Numbered from the stretch's first letter, positions 24,974-39,242 are shown. The stretch: DNA of 64,000 nucleotides from Octopus vulgaris (GCA_951406725.2 OX597815.1:57164001-57228000), one strand, 5' to 3'. Program-made: numbers and translations. The notes: a model not told the origin generated them from the sequence alone.

Positions 24974-27710
24974 TGTAACGACAATGTGAATATCTTCTCT
25001 GGACCTTTTGGGGGTGCGAGAAGCAATCATTATCCGTTGCTTTTAAATCCAGATTCTCTACCAGTCAGAAACAACAAGACGCAGACGTAAAATATATATA
25101 TCTACTTTATTCTCTTATGACAGTAACAAATAAGTGGTATATCTGGGTATCCCTTTGGTATAGATGTGTCAGAGCTGAACTATATCGCTGTAGAATCTAC
25201 AGTGTTCAAATGCTAACGACACTGGTCAAAGATGGCGTCCGGAAAGAGGAAGATGATGTTGTCTGCAACAATTTGGTTAAAGCCTTCGGCCGACTGCTAT
25301 CAAAAATGGACAGCGAGAAAATATACGTCCGTTGCCTTCGGTCGCTTTGTCTCAAGTCACTGACTGCTGCTGGACGCTAGTTGTCAACGTCCTACGACCC
25401 CCTTGCCTCGGCTAACTGCCACGTAGGCAAAAAATGTCCTTCTTCCGGTGCTTCGCGCATGCGAGAGAGGGCCCTTCCTCTCTGCCTTGGTGAAAGCACC
25501 AACACCGCACGCGCGAAACAGAAAAGGACGGTGCACGCGCGCGCACCGTTATATAGGATCACTACAGAGCTCCGCCCCAGTGCGAAGCACGACACAAAAT
25601 TCCCTGTAGTGACTATAAAACTCAAGGTGGATACCAGATAACCAAATAGCACACAATATAATAAAATGGCAAAACTTACATCATACATAAGAAATTTACC
25701 AAAAGGAAAAAAAATAAAAAATACTCAAAATGAGCAAAAATCAAAAGTGCATGCGTGAAGGTGGATACGTCACAAAGTATAGAGCCTTCCGCTGTAGGGA
25801 GCGGGAGGAAAGCAGACTCACGGTTAATGAACCTAGGCGAAGTTAAAATCCAACTCCTCTAAAGGTGGTTGATCCTGCGAAATAGCAGTTAAGTCAATTG
25901 CTGCAGGAGAGGAAATGGAATCGACAGATAGATCGCCAGTAACACAAAAAGGCAGACAGTGCAAGCATGCTGGTGTGATGCGCGACACAGATAATTTTCT
26001 CTGTTAATTACGTGACCAACAGGGGTCTAACAGGGAACAAATTACGCCTATACATGGCGCAGCGCATGTGAACATCCGACGTTCTATGAGTCGGGAAAAG
26101 AATTAAGCTAACGCAAACGTGTTGCAAAAAACAAGGCAGTACACGTGCGGAGCAAGGCGCATGAAATGCAATAGGGCTTGCCAGACCGAAAAAACAGCAA
26201 TGAATATGCCAGTGGTTGAGCGATTATATGCCTCGTTCGTACAGGAACAAAAGTATGGCATGCCGGCGCGTTATAATGGACAAACAACCCTCTCTATGTA
26301 TACGTGACCCCTAGGGTCTATAGAAATGAGGTGTGTCCACAAAAGGCAAATTTAGCATGGAAAAAACAAGCGAGAAAAGCATGTGTGACGTATGTATGTG
26401 AGAGAGATAGCATTTATGTGTGTGTACGTGTGTGCGACAGAATATACAAACAAGGTGAAATGCGAGCAAAAATAAAAATACAGCGCATAGGAAAAATGTC
26501 TCTCAGGGCTATTTCAGACAATGGAGTTAATTTACCAGTCCGTAATAGCCTGATGCATAATAGCAGTTCGTTCTGTAACAGAATGTTGAGATCACAAATG
26601 CAGATGCCGATTGGACACATATCGTGTAACGGTTGTGGCTTCAATGCTGTGACAGGTTAACTGGAACAGAAGAATCTCGCAGATAGTGCTGGGCTGTTAA
26701 TTCCTTGGTGTGCCATGCACAAACAGCAAGTGGGCTAAACTTCCACGAGTTGCTATTTACATCTTGTTGTGTCGACGGTGTTGAAGGCGACTGGTGGTGG
26801 AGGCGACTGTGGTGTGGACTTGAGACAACATTGTTCTTAGTGTTGATGGCGACGAAGATAACGACGACGTGAAGTTCTAAGACGACGATGATGATGACGA
26901 AGGCAGAGAAAAAGCATCGATGATATGATGGCGTCCGTCATTATGTTGAAGAATAAAAAAGGCTCCTTCTATAACTGTCCGAGGGGACCGGAAACAAATC
27001 GTCGAAAGATGATGACTGTGTAGAGTTAAATCGTGTTCCGACCTGGCAGAAAAACTGGATTTCTTTGTCGTTAAGTGATCTCTGGTTTTAGACCAGAATC
27101 ACGTAGGGGGTCACCAGTGTAACGACAATGTGAATATCTTCTCTGGACCTTTTGGGGGTGCGAGAAGCAATCATTATCCGTTGCTTTTAAATCCAGATTC
27201 TCTACCAGTCAGAAACAACAAGACGCAGACGTAAAATATATATATCTACTTTATTCTCTTATGACAGTAACAAATAAGTGGTATATCTGGGTATCCCTTT
27301 GGTATAGATGTGTCAGAGCTGAACTATATCGCTGTAGAATCTACAGTGTTCAAATGCTAACGACACTGGTCAAAGATGGCGTCCGGAAAGAGGAAGATGA
27401 TGTTGTCTGCAACAATTTGGTTAAAGCCTTCGGCCGACTGCTATCAAAAATGGACAGCGAGAAAATATACGTCCGTTGCCTTCGGTCGCTTTGTCCCAAG
27501 TCACTGACTGCTGCTGGACGCTAGTTGTCAACGTCCTACGACCCCCTTGCCACGGCTAACTGCCACGTAGGCAAAAAATGTCCTTCTTCCGGTGCTTCGC
27601 GCATGCGCGAGAGGGCCCTTCCTCTCTGCCTTGGTGAAGGCACCAACACCGCACGCGCGAAACAGAAAAGGACGGTGCGCGCGCGCGCACCGTTATATAG
27701 GATCACTACA
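24974..27710 (-). mobile_element. Complete non-autonomous Gypsy-type LTR element
   Basis: 593-bp LTRs (24974-25566 and 27118-27710) with TG...CA ends, 4-bp TSD TATG, PBS tggtgaccccctacgtgat (tRNA-Trp-like), PPT-like ctggggcggag, and no intact gag/pol. Confidence 0.93.
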
Positions 27711-28449
27711 TATGTATATATGTGTGTGTATGCATATGTATGTATGTATGTATGTATGTGCATCTGTATGTACAGATCCTGCATATTTATGTGCTTGCCT
27801 GTCCGTGTTTGTGTATTTTCTATGTATGTGTGTGTGAGCATGTGTTTGTATATGTATGCACCTCTGTCTCCTTGTGTGTGCATGTCTGTGTGTGTTATGT
27901 AACTATGTACCATGTTTGTATGTATGGATGTGTATCTTTATATGTATGGATCCGTGTCTCCATATGTGTCTGTTTATATAGTCTATATACCTATCCGTCT
28001 GTATATTGATCTGTTTATTTACATATATTTCTGTATGCTTACATATAGAAATAAAAAATGAAAAATAAAAAAATAAAAAATGAGGCAATGACAAGTGACT
28101 GAAAACTTTGGAGATATGCTGTGCTTGAGAAGACCCGGTAAGCCAAGTGACCTATGCCAGTGCAGCATATCTGGCCCATTTAAGAGTTCCCTTCAATCAT
28201 TGAGCAATAAACTGCGCTTGCGAAGACCTGTTGAGTCAAGTGAGTCATTGTCGTGACCAATGACAGTATTGCCTCTTTAGCACCCGTGCCAGTGACACAT
28301 AAAAAGCACAATTCGAGCGTAGTCGATGCCAGTGCGGCCTAACTGGTCCTATGCTGGTGGAACGTAAAAAACACCATTTGAGTGTGATTGTTGCCAGTGC
28401 CACTGACTGGCTCCCTTGCCGGTGGCACGTAAAAAGTACCATTCAAGCG

Positions 28450-29400
28450 TGGTCAACCATATTCGCCAATATTGTCTGTACATTAGTTGGTAAGCGGGAA
28501 AAAATTGTTTTACGAAGAAGCTGTCCGCAAGTGTATCGTCACTGAGTTCTCGGATCCGTCTAAGAAACTCCTGTAACAATGCACGGAAACGGCTTTCTGA
28601 TGATTTAGAATTTCTGCGTAGTACTTCTGTTCTCAAAGAATCGTAGGTTATGCCTTATAGAAGATCTGTGATTATATCTTTAACGGTGTCTGCTAAAATG
28701 GCGGAAATGTCACTAATAAGATGGTGTAGCTTTCGTTGAATGGCTTGTATGCCATGTGCTGTGAAGTAAGAATCAAGCTGTGCAAACAATAGCTTAGCAT
28801 CGCCAGAATAAGCTAGTATGATTATGACAAAGAACAGGCGTGATAAGTGAACTTTTTCCTTTGACGCGGAAGACACGAAATTATTTTAAAACTAGAATAT
28901 CAGAGGTACTGGTAGAGTAATGCAGAAATTACCTTGAAGTGTGTAGTATGGCATCGATTTACCATGTGCAGTGGGTTGCGTATTCAAAAGTCGGGTTCAT
29001 AATTTTGTAGCGGCTATCGTGTTCTGACGTCAGGGTTACCATTTTATAGAGATTGTCAGTAAGTGACATGTTATAATTTTTATAATTGCATTCGAGAAAG
29101 AGGGGTCACCATCTTGTACATAAACGACAAGAAAATGAGAATTAGTAAGACGTTCGTAATAAGTCATAACATATATATTACTGGATGTAATGCGTTAACA
29201 TTTAGGTTAATTGAAAGAAAAGCTTGTTACATCACATGAACATATTTTGCAACCACATGTCTCAAAGTAAATGAAGCGAACATCTGCGTGTGTGGATGTG
29301 TATGCGAGTTCCTGACTTCCACGTTATCCGGAAGTTAATTGGAAGCTTCCAGAATATTCGAGAATTTTCGAGGAGATTACTTTCGTTAGTTCCCTTTTTC
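28450..29400 (-). mobile_element. Gypsy LTR + gag fragment
   Basis: LLFAQLDSYF...VKDIITD, YDSLRTEVLRR, and PBS tggtgacccc at 29102-29111. Confidence 0.7.
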
Positions 29401-29442
29401 ACTTTGCTTTCCTACTTGTAAATGCTTGTAAATTTGTTGTCT

Positions 29443-29596
29443 TCACAGAATGAGTTGTCGTGAACTAAAATCATCACAGATTGAGTCGTCGTGGAACTAA
29501 AATTGTCGCAATATGTGTGCCTCACAGAATTGAGTTATCACAGAATTGAGTCATCATGGAATTGAGTCTTCATGGGATTGGGTCATCGCAGAATTT
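29443..29596. repeat. Degenerate ~17-bp minisatellite (cacagaattgagttgt)
   Basis: Repeated gaattgagt(c/t) units. Confidence 0.6.
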
Positions 29597-29846
29597 AATA
29601 TTACATGTAAACAAATGAAAGTGTGCAGTGCAGACAGCATGGTATAAACAGTACAAAAGTGACAAAGGGTCCTGATGCTGAAACGCTAAAAAGTAACAAG
29701 TGAAATGCAAAAATAGGTGTATGCAAAGGAAAGTCCTAGTCTATGTACACAAATTTGAGTGGCATACAGGTTAAATGCAGGATTTAAGCAAAATATCTGT
29801 AGAGATACAGACCTTTGAAAAATTTGAATAGCTTTTTCCTATATTT

Positions 29847-29973
29847 TTCCATGTTACCATTATGAGATTCAAATATTGTAAATAGAGCATCATTCCTAAA
29901 TAATCATTGGCAGAGATTATTTGGAGATGATGTTCTATTTACAATATATGTATCTAATAATGGTAACATGGAA
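29847..29973. repeat. Imperfect hairpin / MITE-like inverted repeat
   Basis: ttccatgttaccatta...aaataatc pairs with gattattt...taatggtaacatggaa. Confidence 0.7.
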
Positions 29974-30314
29974 TAGCGTACAGATGTAGGGTTAAATCAA
30001 GTAGGATTTCAAAATATTATTTAGCGGTATGTTCTCCTACATTCAAGGTAGGCTTAGGTAATCACCTAGCTTCCTTCGAGGATAGGAGGAAAATGCAAAA
30101 GATTAAGTATCACGTAAGTTGACGATGCTAAGAGTTTACATGTACAACATTAATGTATTAACTGATTTGCCTTTATATTCTCTTAGTTACCTATACCCCC
30201 AGTCCAACTGTCCGTAAATATCTTTCTTACCTTCCGTCTTGGTAAGGATTCTACCATTTTTTATGTGTTTTCTAAGCAATTGACTTACTCTGAACTTCTC
30301 CAATCATTTATTAT

Positions 30315-30405
<91 letters not shown>

Positions 30406-30407
<2 letters not shown>

Positions 30408-33400
30408 AAAAACAAAACCCGTCAAAGGGCGGAGGAACTCTTGAGAGTCAACGGCCATCCAATAAATGTCTTAAGGCTGTATCATGCGCGGGGACACGGA
30501 CAGAATACCCGATCGCGCGGTTAAACCATTGGGAGTGAAGGACTCCTAGCCTTTGTTAGGGTATCCTTCTAGGAGAAGGTAACTCAGGTAACTGGGATAA
30601 CTCCGACAGAAAACCTGTGGCTCAGTGGTTACCGATGATATTGACTTGTTCTTCTTTTCGGATTATGGCTGCTGTTGCTTAGTGAGTGGGATTGACTCAG
30701 TGCACAGCCTTTCCTCACTTTAAAAGAAAAATCTTCTTGCACAGGCATTGCACAATAACAACATTGATTGATTGATCAAATTGATTCATGATTGTTGAGT
30801 CTCAACTGAATGGCTGGCTGTAGCCTTAAAAAGCAAAAAGTCAATGAAGTACCAAAACAGTATAAAAAATAAATGGCAGTAAGGACTCTGGAACCACATC
30901 AGCTGAAAGAGTCTGGCCCGGCAGGGGCTCCAGAGCATCACAGTCTGAACCCGGCCGTCATCATGCTACTGTGATAGAACCAAAGAAAATATTGAATATT
31001 GGCTGTTGGAATGTACGGATACTGCTTGACCGCAAGTCCTCTGAATGTCCCGAAAGAAGGACTGTGCTTGTTGCGAAGGAGCTTCAATGCTATGATCTTG
31101 ACATCGTTGCTTTATCTGAGACGAGATTACCTGGAGATTGTCATCTCACAGAATCTTGTGGAAAATATACATTCTTTTGGAAAGGGAGGAATGAAGAGTT
31201 TAGAGGAGAAGCTGGAGTGGCATTTGCTGTTAAGACTACTCTTGTGGACAAGTTGGAAGAATTCCCAGTCGGAATTAACGAGCATCTTATGTCCATGAGA
31301 ATTCCATTGGTTAAAGGAAATTATATGACTTTGGTGAGTGTGTATGCTCAAACTATGTGCTATACTGATGACGAAAAACTTTCTTTCTGCCATGCTTTGA
31401 AGGGCATTATAAGAAATATTCCTCGAGCAGACAAAGTCATCGTACTCGGTGACTTTAATGCTAGAGTGGGTAGGGATTTTAACAGCATGGGGTGGGAAAG
31501 TGTAATAGTAATGGCATGCTTTTGCTGCAGATGTGTGAGGAGCTGCGTCTGTGTGTTACCATGTTTCAACAAAAGAATAAGTTTAAGACTACATGGATGC
31601 ACCCTGCATCTAAAGAATGGCATATTCTGGATTGCATCCTTGTTAGGGTGCGTGACAGGATGTGCAGTGTGTTCGTGTTCTTCGTGGAGCTGAGTGTTGG
31701 ACTGACCACCGCCTAGTACGTGCAAAAGTGAAATTAGTCACAAAACATAAAATCCAAGCTGCATGGATTACCCTACCTAAAAGACTGAATGTTGATCGTC
31801 TTAGGTGTAATAGTGTGAAGAGAACTTTACGAGAGGAAATGAATGCTGCAGATATTGGGGAGGATTGGCCGACCCTTAAAAAATCAGTTTATGATATAGG
31901 CAAGAAAGTTCTGGGATTGATACAAAGAAAGCATCAAGATTGGTTTAAAGAAAATGATGAACATATAGTTGATTTATTGGCTGATAAAAGACGTATTTTG
32001 TCACGCTATCTGTCAGCAAAGCCACAGGAAAGGGAAGTGTTGCATAGGGAACTCAAGGACGTAAAATCACGTGTGAGGCAAAGGCTCTCAGAGATGAGGG
32101 ATACGTGGTGGAGTAAGAAGGCTGATGAGATACAGGCGGCATCAGATTCCAATAACACAAAGCTGTTGTATGGTCTCTTGCGAGAAGTTTATGAACCGAC
32201 GTCTTCCCTGATGACACCACTCCGAAGCATGGATGGTAAAGAACTTCTTCGTGATTCACAAGGAACTCTGCGAAGGTGGCAAGAACACTTTGATGAACTT
32301 TTGAATCAGCAGTCTGTAGTTAGTGAGGATGTTCTCAATCTCACTCCTGGATTACCTGTGAAGGCAGCACTCGCAGAACCACCAAAGTTGGAAGAAGTTG
32401 CAATGGCTGTCTCAAGGTTGAATAATGAGAAGTCTCCGGGTATGGATGGCATACATGCGGAGTTGTTACAGCATGGTGGTGAGAAACTTCTGCAGAAACT
32501 TCACTCTTTGTTTGGTAAGTGAATCTGTACCTGAGGACTGGAGAGATACAGTAATGGTGGTCCTGTATAAGGGAAAGGGCAACAGGAATGATTGGGGTAA
32601 TCATAGGGGAGTATCATTGCTGTCTGTCGTAGGAAAGGTTTTATGCAGGGTACTTCTGGATCGTCTGCTGAAATACGTTGCAGACTGTGTTCTTCCAGAA
32701 AGTCAATCTGGCTTTCGTGTGGGACGTGGCACTGCTGATATGATCTTTTCAGCTAGACAGCTTCAGGAGAAGTATGTGGAACATGGTCTGGATTTGTATC
32801 AGGTTTTTGTCGATCTGACAAAAGCCTTTGATACCGTCAATAGAAAAGCATTGTGGAAAGTCCTTCAGAAACTTGGGTGTCCTGAAAAGTTCCTTGCTTT
32901 GGTTAGGTCTTTTCATGAAGACATGAATGGTAGGGTGAATGTTAGAGGGAAAATGTCGGAGCCCATTTCAATATAAAATGGAATGAAACAGGGGGATATT
33001 CTGGCACCGACCCTATTTTCCATATATTTTGCGATGGTGTTCTGTATTGCATTCAGAAACTGCAGATTTAATATCAGGCGCTTTGCTGCGAAAACAAAGG
33101 TATTTACCTCTATCATGAGATACCTTTTGTATGCAGATGATTGTGAGCTAGTAGCACACACAGAGATTGATATGCAACACATTTTGAATGCATTCTCTGA
33201 TGCTTGCACTGCCTTAGGATTGACAGTCAATCTCAAGAAAACTGTTGTCATGCATCAACCTGCTCCTGGTAAGCAGTATAGTGTACCAAATATCTATGTG
33301 TATGGTAAACTACTTGATGTAGTTGATCAGTTTGTCTACCTGGGAAGCACTATTAATAGATATAGCAATTTGGATGATGAAATTCCATATAGAATTAGGA

Positions 33401-34385
33401 AAGCAAGTGTTGCTTTCAGAAGGCTAGAAAAGCGCCTCTGGAGTCGGCGAGACATATGCAGAAAGACAAAGATAAAGGCGTACAAGGCATGCGTGCTCCC
33501 TTCTCTTCTCTATGCCTGCGAGATGTGGGTCACATATCGATACCACCTTAAACAACTGGAACGTTTCCATCAGATGTGTCTCAGACAGGTCTATGGAATT
33601 AAGTGGAAGGACCGCATCAGTGATCTTGAAATATTGGAAGGCTCTCGGTGTGAAAGTATAGAAGCTCTTGTGTTAGAGCAAAGGCTCAGATGGAGTGGTC
33701 ATCTGGTCAGGATGAAGCATTCAAGGATGCCAAAACAACTCTTTTATGGAGAGTTAGCTAAAGGAGAACGATCTCTACATAAACCAAAAAAGAGGTATAA
33801 GGACTTGCTGAAGGCTTCCTTCAGAAACTGACCACACATCTCTCCTGACACATAGGAAGGCATAGATATTGATCGTAGCAGGTGGAGAAGGATTGTGCAC
33901 GAGGGGACAGCCACTTTTGAAAAATCTCGAGTGGCACATGAGAAAATAAGGAGGGATGTCAGGAACGGCATCGCTCTTACACTTCCAGATGGGAAGGGTC
34001 TTCCTATGATGCTGACAAGCAGTGTCTGTGCAAGACCCTGCCTCAGTAAAGCTGGACTCAAGAGTCATCTTCGTAGTCATAAAGCGAGACAGATGAGTGA
34101 CAACCTGGCCACTGGTGGTAGTGTAACACACCATACTAATAATATCTGTCGGACATGTGGAAGAAAGTGTAATTCGGCAGGAGGACTTAAACGACATGCA
34201 AAGATACATGAAGCCCAGTTACAACTACAGCCGGCTATTACTGGTAAAGGTTTTAGTTGCCAATTCTGTACAAGACATTGTAGATCTTTAGCTGGGCTAA
34301 AAAGTCACATTCAATCACAGCGCTAGTAACAGTTAAGCTTCGTGCAATGGCCATACTCGATAACGAGGGGGTAGCCATAATAATA
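30406..34385 (+). mobile_element. Near full-length RTE-clade LINE (APE + RT + three C2H2 fingers), several frameshifts
   Basis: IGCWNVR...IVALSETR, LGDFNA, SQSGFR..FVDLTKAFD, QGDILAP, YLLYADD, C-terminal zinc fingers, and an (ATA) tail. Confidence 0.95.
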
Positions 34386-34421
34386 TGTATATATATATAT
34401 ATGTATATATATATGTGTATA

Positions 34422-34520
<99 letters not shown>

Positions 34521-34526
34521 ATATAT

Positions 34527-37500
34527 ATAACTTAGAATAACTTAGAAAGGTTTTGGCCAGTATTGGCCCAGGCCATGTCTAACTTAATAGCACCACCTGG
34601 CGAAGTCTTTCAATTCAGGATTTTGGCACCAAGGCCCATTCGAGCAGAGAGTTATTGTTTGCGGAGACATATCCGGGTGTGGGTGGTTTGTCCGGGACTG
34701 TTTGAAGGAATTTGTCCAAAGATTTCTTGAATTTTGTGTGGTCAGTTTCTTTTTTGACGTGTCCTGGTGTAATGTTGAAGAGAGCAGGTCCAATTGAGGT
34801 GAAATAGTTGTGCCGTATTGTCGTTATGTGATGCGATTTAGATTTTTGTTGTGGATGTATGGCACGTGGTCCAAGCCTTGGATGTATTTTGAAGGTGATG
34901 CCAACATCATTCGGACAGTGCTGATCGAATATTTTCCACATCATACAGATAATGTAGCGTTCACGGCGTCGTTGGAGTGAATACAGTTTCAGCTTCTCTA
35001 GTCTACCCCAGTAGTCAAGGTCTGACATGCCATCTATCTGTTTTGTGATTGACCTTTGGGGAGCTTCAATTCTCATAATATTTTGTTTTGTGTAGGGAGA
35101 CCACAGTGGAAGCAGTATTCAAGGTGGGGTCGGGCAAAAGTGGAGAAGAGAAGGATAATAGAGTGGGAATCTCTCGACTGGAAGGTTCTGAGAATCCAGG
35201 AACACATTCTGCGGGCCATGTCAACTTTGCTGCTTATATGTGTAGCCCAGCTTATGTTGTTGTCCACTGTTACTCCCAAGTCTCTGATGTTGTTGGACGC
35301 CATGAGAATTTCTCCAGAAGGAAGGGAGTATGGGAGTTTCAGAGCGTCCTCCCTTCCAAAGTGGATCAGTTCGAATTTGTCTTCGTTTAGCAACATGTTA
35401 TTCTTTTCCGCCCATTGGACAACAGCCAGTAGGTCTGACTGAAGGCTTATTCGGTCATCCACGCCATTGATGACCTTCTGGAGCTTGGAATCATCAGCGA
35501 AGGTTCTGATGTTACTGTATTTAATGGTGTCAGTAATATCATTTATGTAGATGATGAAGAGAAGTGGGCCCAACACAGTGCCTTGTGGGACACCACTGCT
35601 GACTTTGGCTGGGCTGGATTTGACTCCTTCGACTACAACATGTTGGGTTCTGTTAGACAGGAAGCACTTGATCCACTGCAGCAGCTTTCCAGTGACACCA
35701 ATATTGGACAGCTTTCTCAGAAGGATCTTATGATCAACCCTGTCAAAGGCCTTGCTGAAATCAAGGTAGATGACATCAGTGTTGGAACCCTCTCCCAATG
35801 CTCTCAAAATGTCATCAAAATGATTGCGTCAGGCAATATCTCCCATTACGGAATCCATGCTGGTTGGAGTTCAGCATATTATGACTCTCAAGGAAGTGAG
35901 TCATACGCGATCTCAGTACTCTCTCAAATACCTTAATGATATGAGAGGTGAGTGAGATTGGACGGTAATTCACGGCAAGCGATTTGTTTCCTTTTTTGAA
36001 AACTGGGAGAACAGACTGGGATAGAAGGTCTTCTGGTATATATCCAGCATCCAGTGAGCTCCGCCACAGATTGGCTAGAGGGGGTGCAAGTTGGTTTTGA
36101 CACATCTTCAAGACACAAGCAGGGAACCTATCGGGACCTACTGCTGAATTATGCTTCATTTCCTTTATTGCTGCTGAGACATCAAGAGCGCCAAAGGTTA
36201 TGTCCGATAAAGTGTATTGAGGAGTAACATCACTGATACAGCCCAGATCAGTCATATTAGGATTGCTGAAAACAGAGCAATATTGTTTCTGCAATATCTC
36301 TCCCATGGTTTTGGCATTGTCTTGAAGAGTACCATTTTCATCAATCAGAGGGCCAACAGTAGAACCAGTGACTCTGTGTTTTTTTGCAAATGAAAAGAAC
36401 ACTTTGGGATTGAGTTTGATCTTCTCAATGGCCCAGGCCTCTTCAGCTCTTCGCTGACTATTGATGATAGACATCATGTTGTTTTGGAGTTTATGTTTTT
36501 TAATCTCTAGCGACGAGATGGCAGTCAGGTTGGTGTGTTGCTGTTGACAGTATTTCAGCTTGTTGATTTTTTTGTTAATTCTTTTAATTTTCCTGATGAG
36601 AGATTTTCTATTTCTAGGGATTCGACACTTAGATTTGTTTGCAGATCTTAATGGGGTGTGTTTTGCACATATGTTTGTAATGGTGTCTACAAATGACTGC
36701 CAGGACTTTTTGATGTTAGTGGGTGTGTATGTGTGCGTGAAGGACCAATCGACTTGTGCAAGATCATTATTGATTGCTTCCCAGTTTGCATTGTGGAAAT
36801 CCATAGTGTCAAATGGATGAACAGGAGGGATGACATTTGTTTTGCATTTTGGCCAGTGAAATCTCAGATCACAGAGAACCATGTCATGATCAGAGAGTAG
36901 GGTTTTCTCCACTGCAATATTGTGGATAGTATCAGTGTGATTGCTGAAAATTAAGTCTAATACGTTTTTATGACATCTCGTTGGTTCGAGTACCAGTTGG
37001 GACAGGAAGAAATCATTCATGAAGTCAAGAAGCGATTCCACTGCCTCCCTGTCAGGGGTTGAGAGAGAAGAACCTGGCGGCAGACTGTTTGTAGACCAGT
37101 TAACCCCGGGAAGGTTGAAGTCTCCCATCATTAAAATGCTGTCAGGTTGACACTGCTGAATGAAACAATTTATGTTGTTGAGGCATTCCTTGAAGCATGG
37201 TAGGGGCGTTTGGGGTGGTCTGTAGAGCCCAACTACTGTTAAGTTGTTGGTTTGACTGAATACAGCGACTGCTTCGCAGTATCCATTGGAAAATATGTTC
37301 ATAGCTTCTGTTGAGAATGAATCGTGAATATAAATGGCAGTCCCACCCTTTCTTCTGCCAGCACGATCAGCACGAATGGCTTTGAAATTTTTAACTTTCA
37401 CCTCGGCTTCCAAGTGAAGGTTACTAAGATGGGTTTCAGTGAGGACGAAGAAAGGGATGTGGTTTGGATGGGCATCGACCCACTCCTCCAGGAATTTTAT

Positions 37501-38591
37501 CTTCCATTTTTGTGTATTGGTGGAAGGGCTGATGCCTTGGGCATTAAGCAAACATGTTGAGGCGAGAGTGGATGGTTTTAATTGTTTTGGTGATTTGTTT
37601 ATTTGATTGCTTTTTAATGGCATGTGCAGTGGGGTAATAGTGGTGGATGGTGGTGGGTGATAGCTCGGATGTTTTTTTCCATTATAGCTAAAAAAGAGGA
37701 AGAAGAGGTTTCCTGTCTAGGGAACTGTAGGTGACTGTGGTTGTGGTTATTTTTATATGAGTGGTTATTTCTATATGAGTCGTAGGTTTTTTTGCTTTTA
37801 TTTTTATTTATAATGTCATTTGTCCGACGAGTCTCCGGGAGATGGGTAAAGGAGCAATCCCTGTGCAAACACAATCTGTCTCGCTGGGAATAGCGACAGA
37901 TTTGGGGATTCCTTGTTTGAGATATTGGTGGTTGTGGTGGTGTTGTAATAGAGTATGTATTATGGTGGTTGCTGTTGTAGTTTGTGGGGATAGAGCGTTT
38001 TGTTCCAGGTAAATGGGTGAATTTGCAGTCTCTATCAGTGATGGGGTTTCGAGTGGGTGTGTAGGTGCGTGTTTGAGTTGTGAGAGGTGTAGATGATAGT
38101 TTGTTGAGGTTTTGGCGACCTTTGTAACCTGTAGGAGGTAAATTCCTTGAGCTAGCATTAGTAGTAGTAGTTGTAGTAGGTAGAAGAGATGTTGACAGTG
38201 ATGATGATCGAGGAGGTCGATTCCATGAGATAGCGGTAGACAAAGATGTTTGTGGATACATAGTGGGAGTAGTACTAGCAGTAGTAAGCAGAGGAGATGA
38301 TGTTGACAGTGATGTTGATTGAGCTGCTAGGGCAGTGAAAGGAAGGGGTGGTGCTTCCTGCTGTGTGACCCTGATGACTGGGGGGTCAAACGTTTCGTTT
38401 AGCAAATCGGCCATTGTAGATGAATCAAGGAGTGGTTCATCCTGTTGTTGTTGTTGCTGTATCTGTTGTTGTTGTTGTTGCCGCTGAGTTTGTTGTTGAG
38501 GTTGTTGTTGCCGCTGAGGTTGTTGCTGCTGAAGTTGTTGTTGTTGCTGTAGCTGTTGTTGTTGTTGTTGCCACTGAGTTTGTTGTTGAGG

Positions 38592-38647
<56 letters not shown>

Positions 38648-39225
38648 ATTGTTGTTGTTGCGCCGGTGATGCGTTCGAAGAGAAAACACATCTCAGTTTA
38701 TCGAAGAGTTTATTTATTAATTTAAAAGCAACTTCGATTTGTTTTAATTTATTTTGTATCTGCTGTTCAGATCGAGTTTGCAAATGATGAACTGTTCGTT
38801 TAGCAATTTCGTTCAGACACGAAGCACCTATGCTCTCTGTTTGGGTAAGGCAATGCCATGTGTTGATAAGAACGTCGATTTCATTATCAGACCAGTTTTT
38901 GTTGGATTTTTGGTGGCTAGCCATTCTGGTGGATATGATTTATTAAAGTTTATTTTGTTCGTTTCTTTTGTTGATTACTTTTAATTATTATTTTTTTTAA
39001 AGAAGTATGTAGAATAGATTGTACAGAATGTTTGCTGTAATACTGAGAAATTTGTATTTGAATAATGAGCTTGCAGTTATTTTATCTTTCTTTTCTTTTC
39101 TTTTTTTCCCTCTTTTTCTAATTTTTAATGTGTGGGTGATCCTTTAGTAATCAGAAGGTGTTGACGAAAAATGAATATTCTCTCATAGGAGTGTGTGGTT
39201 TTGTTTATTTGGTCGTTTGAAAATT
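34527..39225 (-). mobile_element. Near full-length CR1-type LINE with ORF1 and ORF2
   Basis: ORF2 37623->34615 in three frames (LTETHL, MGDFNLP, SDH, YLDFSKAFD, GVPQGTVLGP, FADD); tail (ttctaagtta)2. Confidence 0.95.
37614..38924 (-). pseudogene. LINE ORF1: Myb/SANT-like N-terminus, polyQ, S/T/P-rich region, CCCH-like fingers; one CAA>TAA stop at 38646
   Basis: ORFs 38646..38924 and 37614..38414 are in the same frame with no other stop between them. ORF1 overlaps the ORF2 start by 10 bp. Confidence 0.8.
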
Positions 39226-39242
39226 ATGAAAATAATTTGTAG

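Noticed and set aside
25117-27524. Duplicated 87-aa ORFs (MTVTNKW...)
   Set aside because: They lie within the two LTRs and have no recognisable domain.
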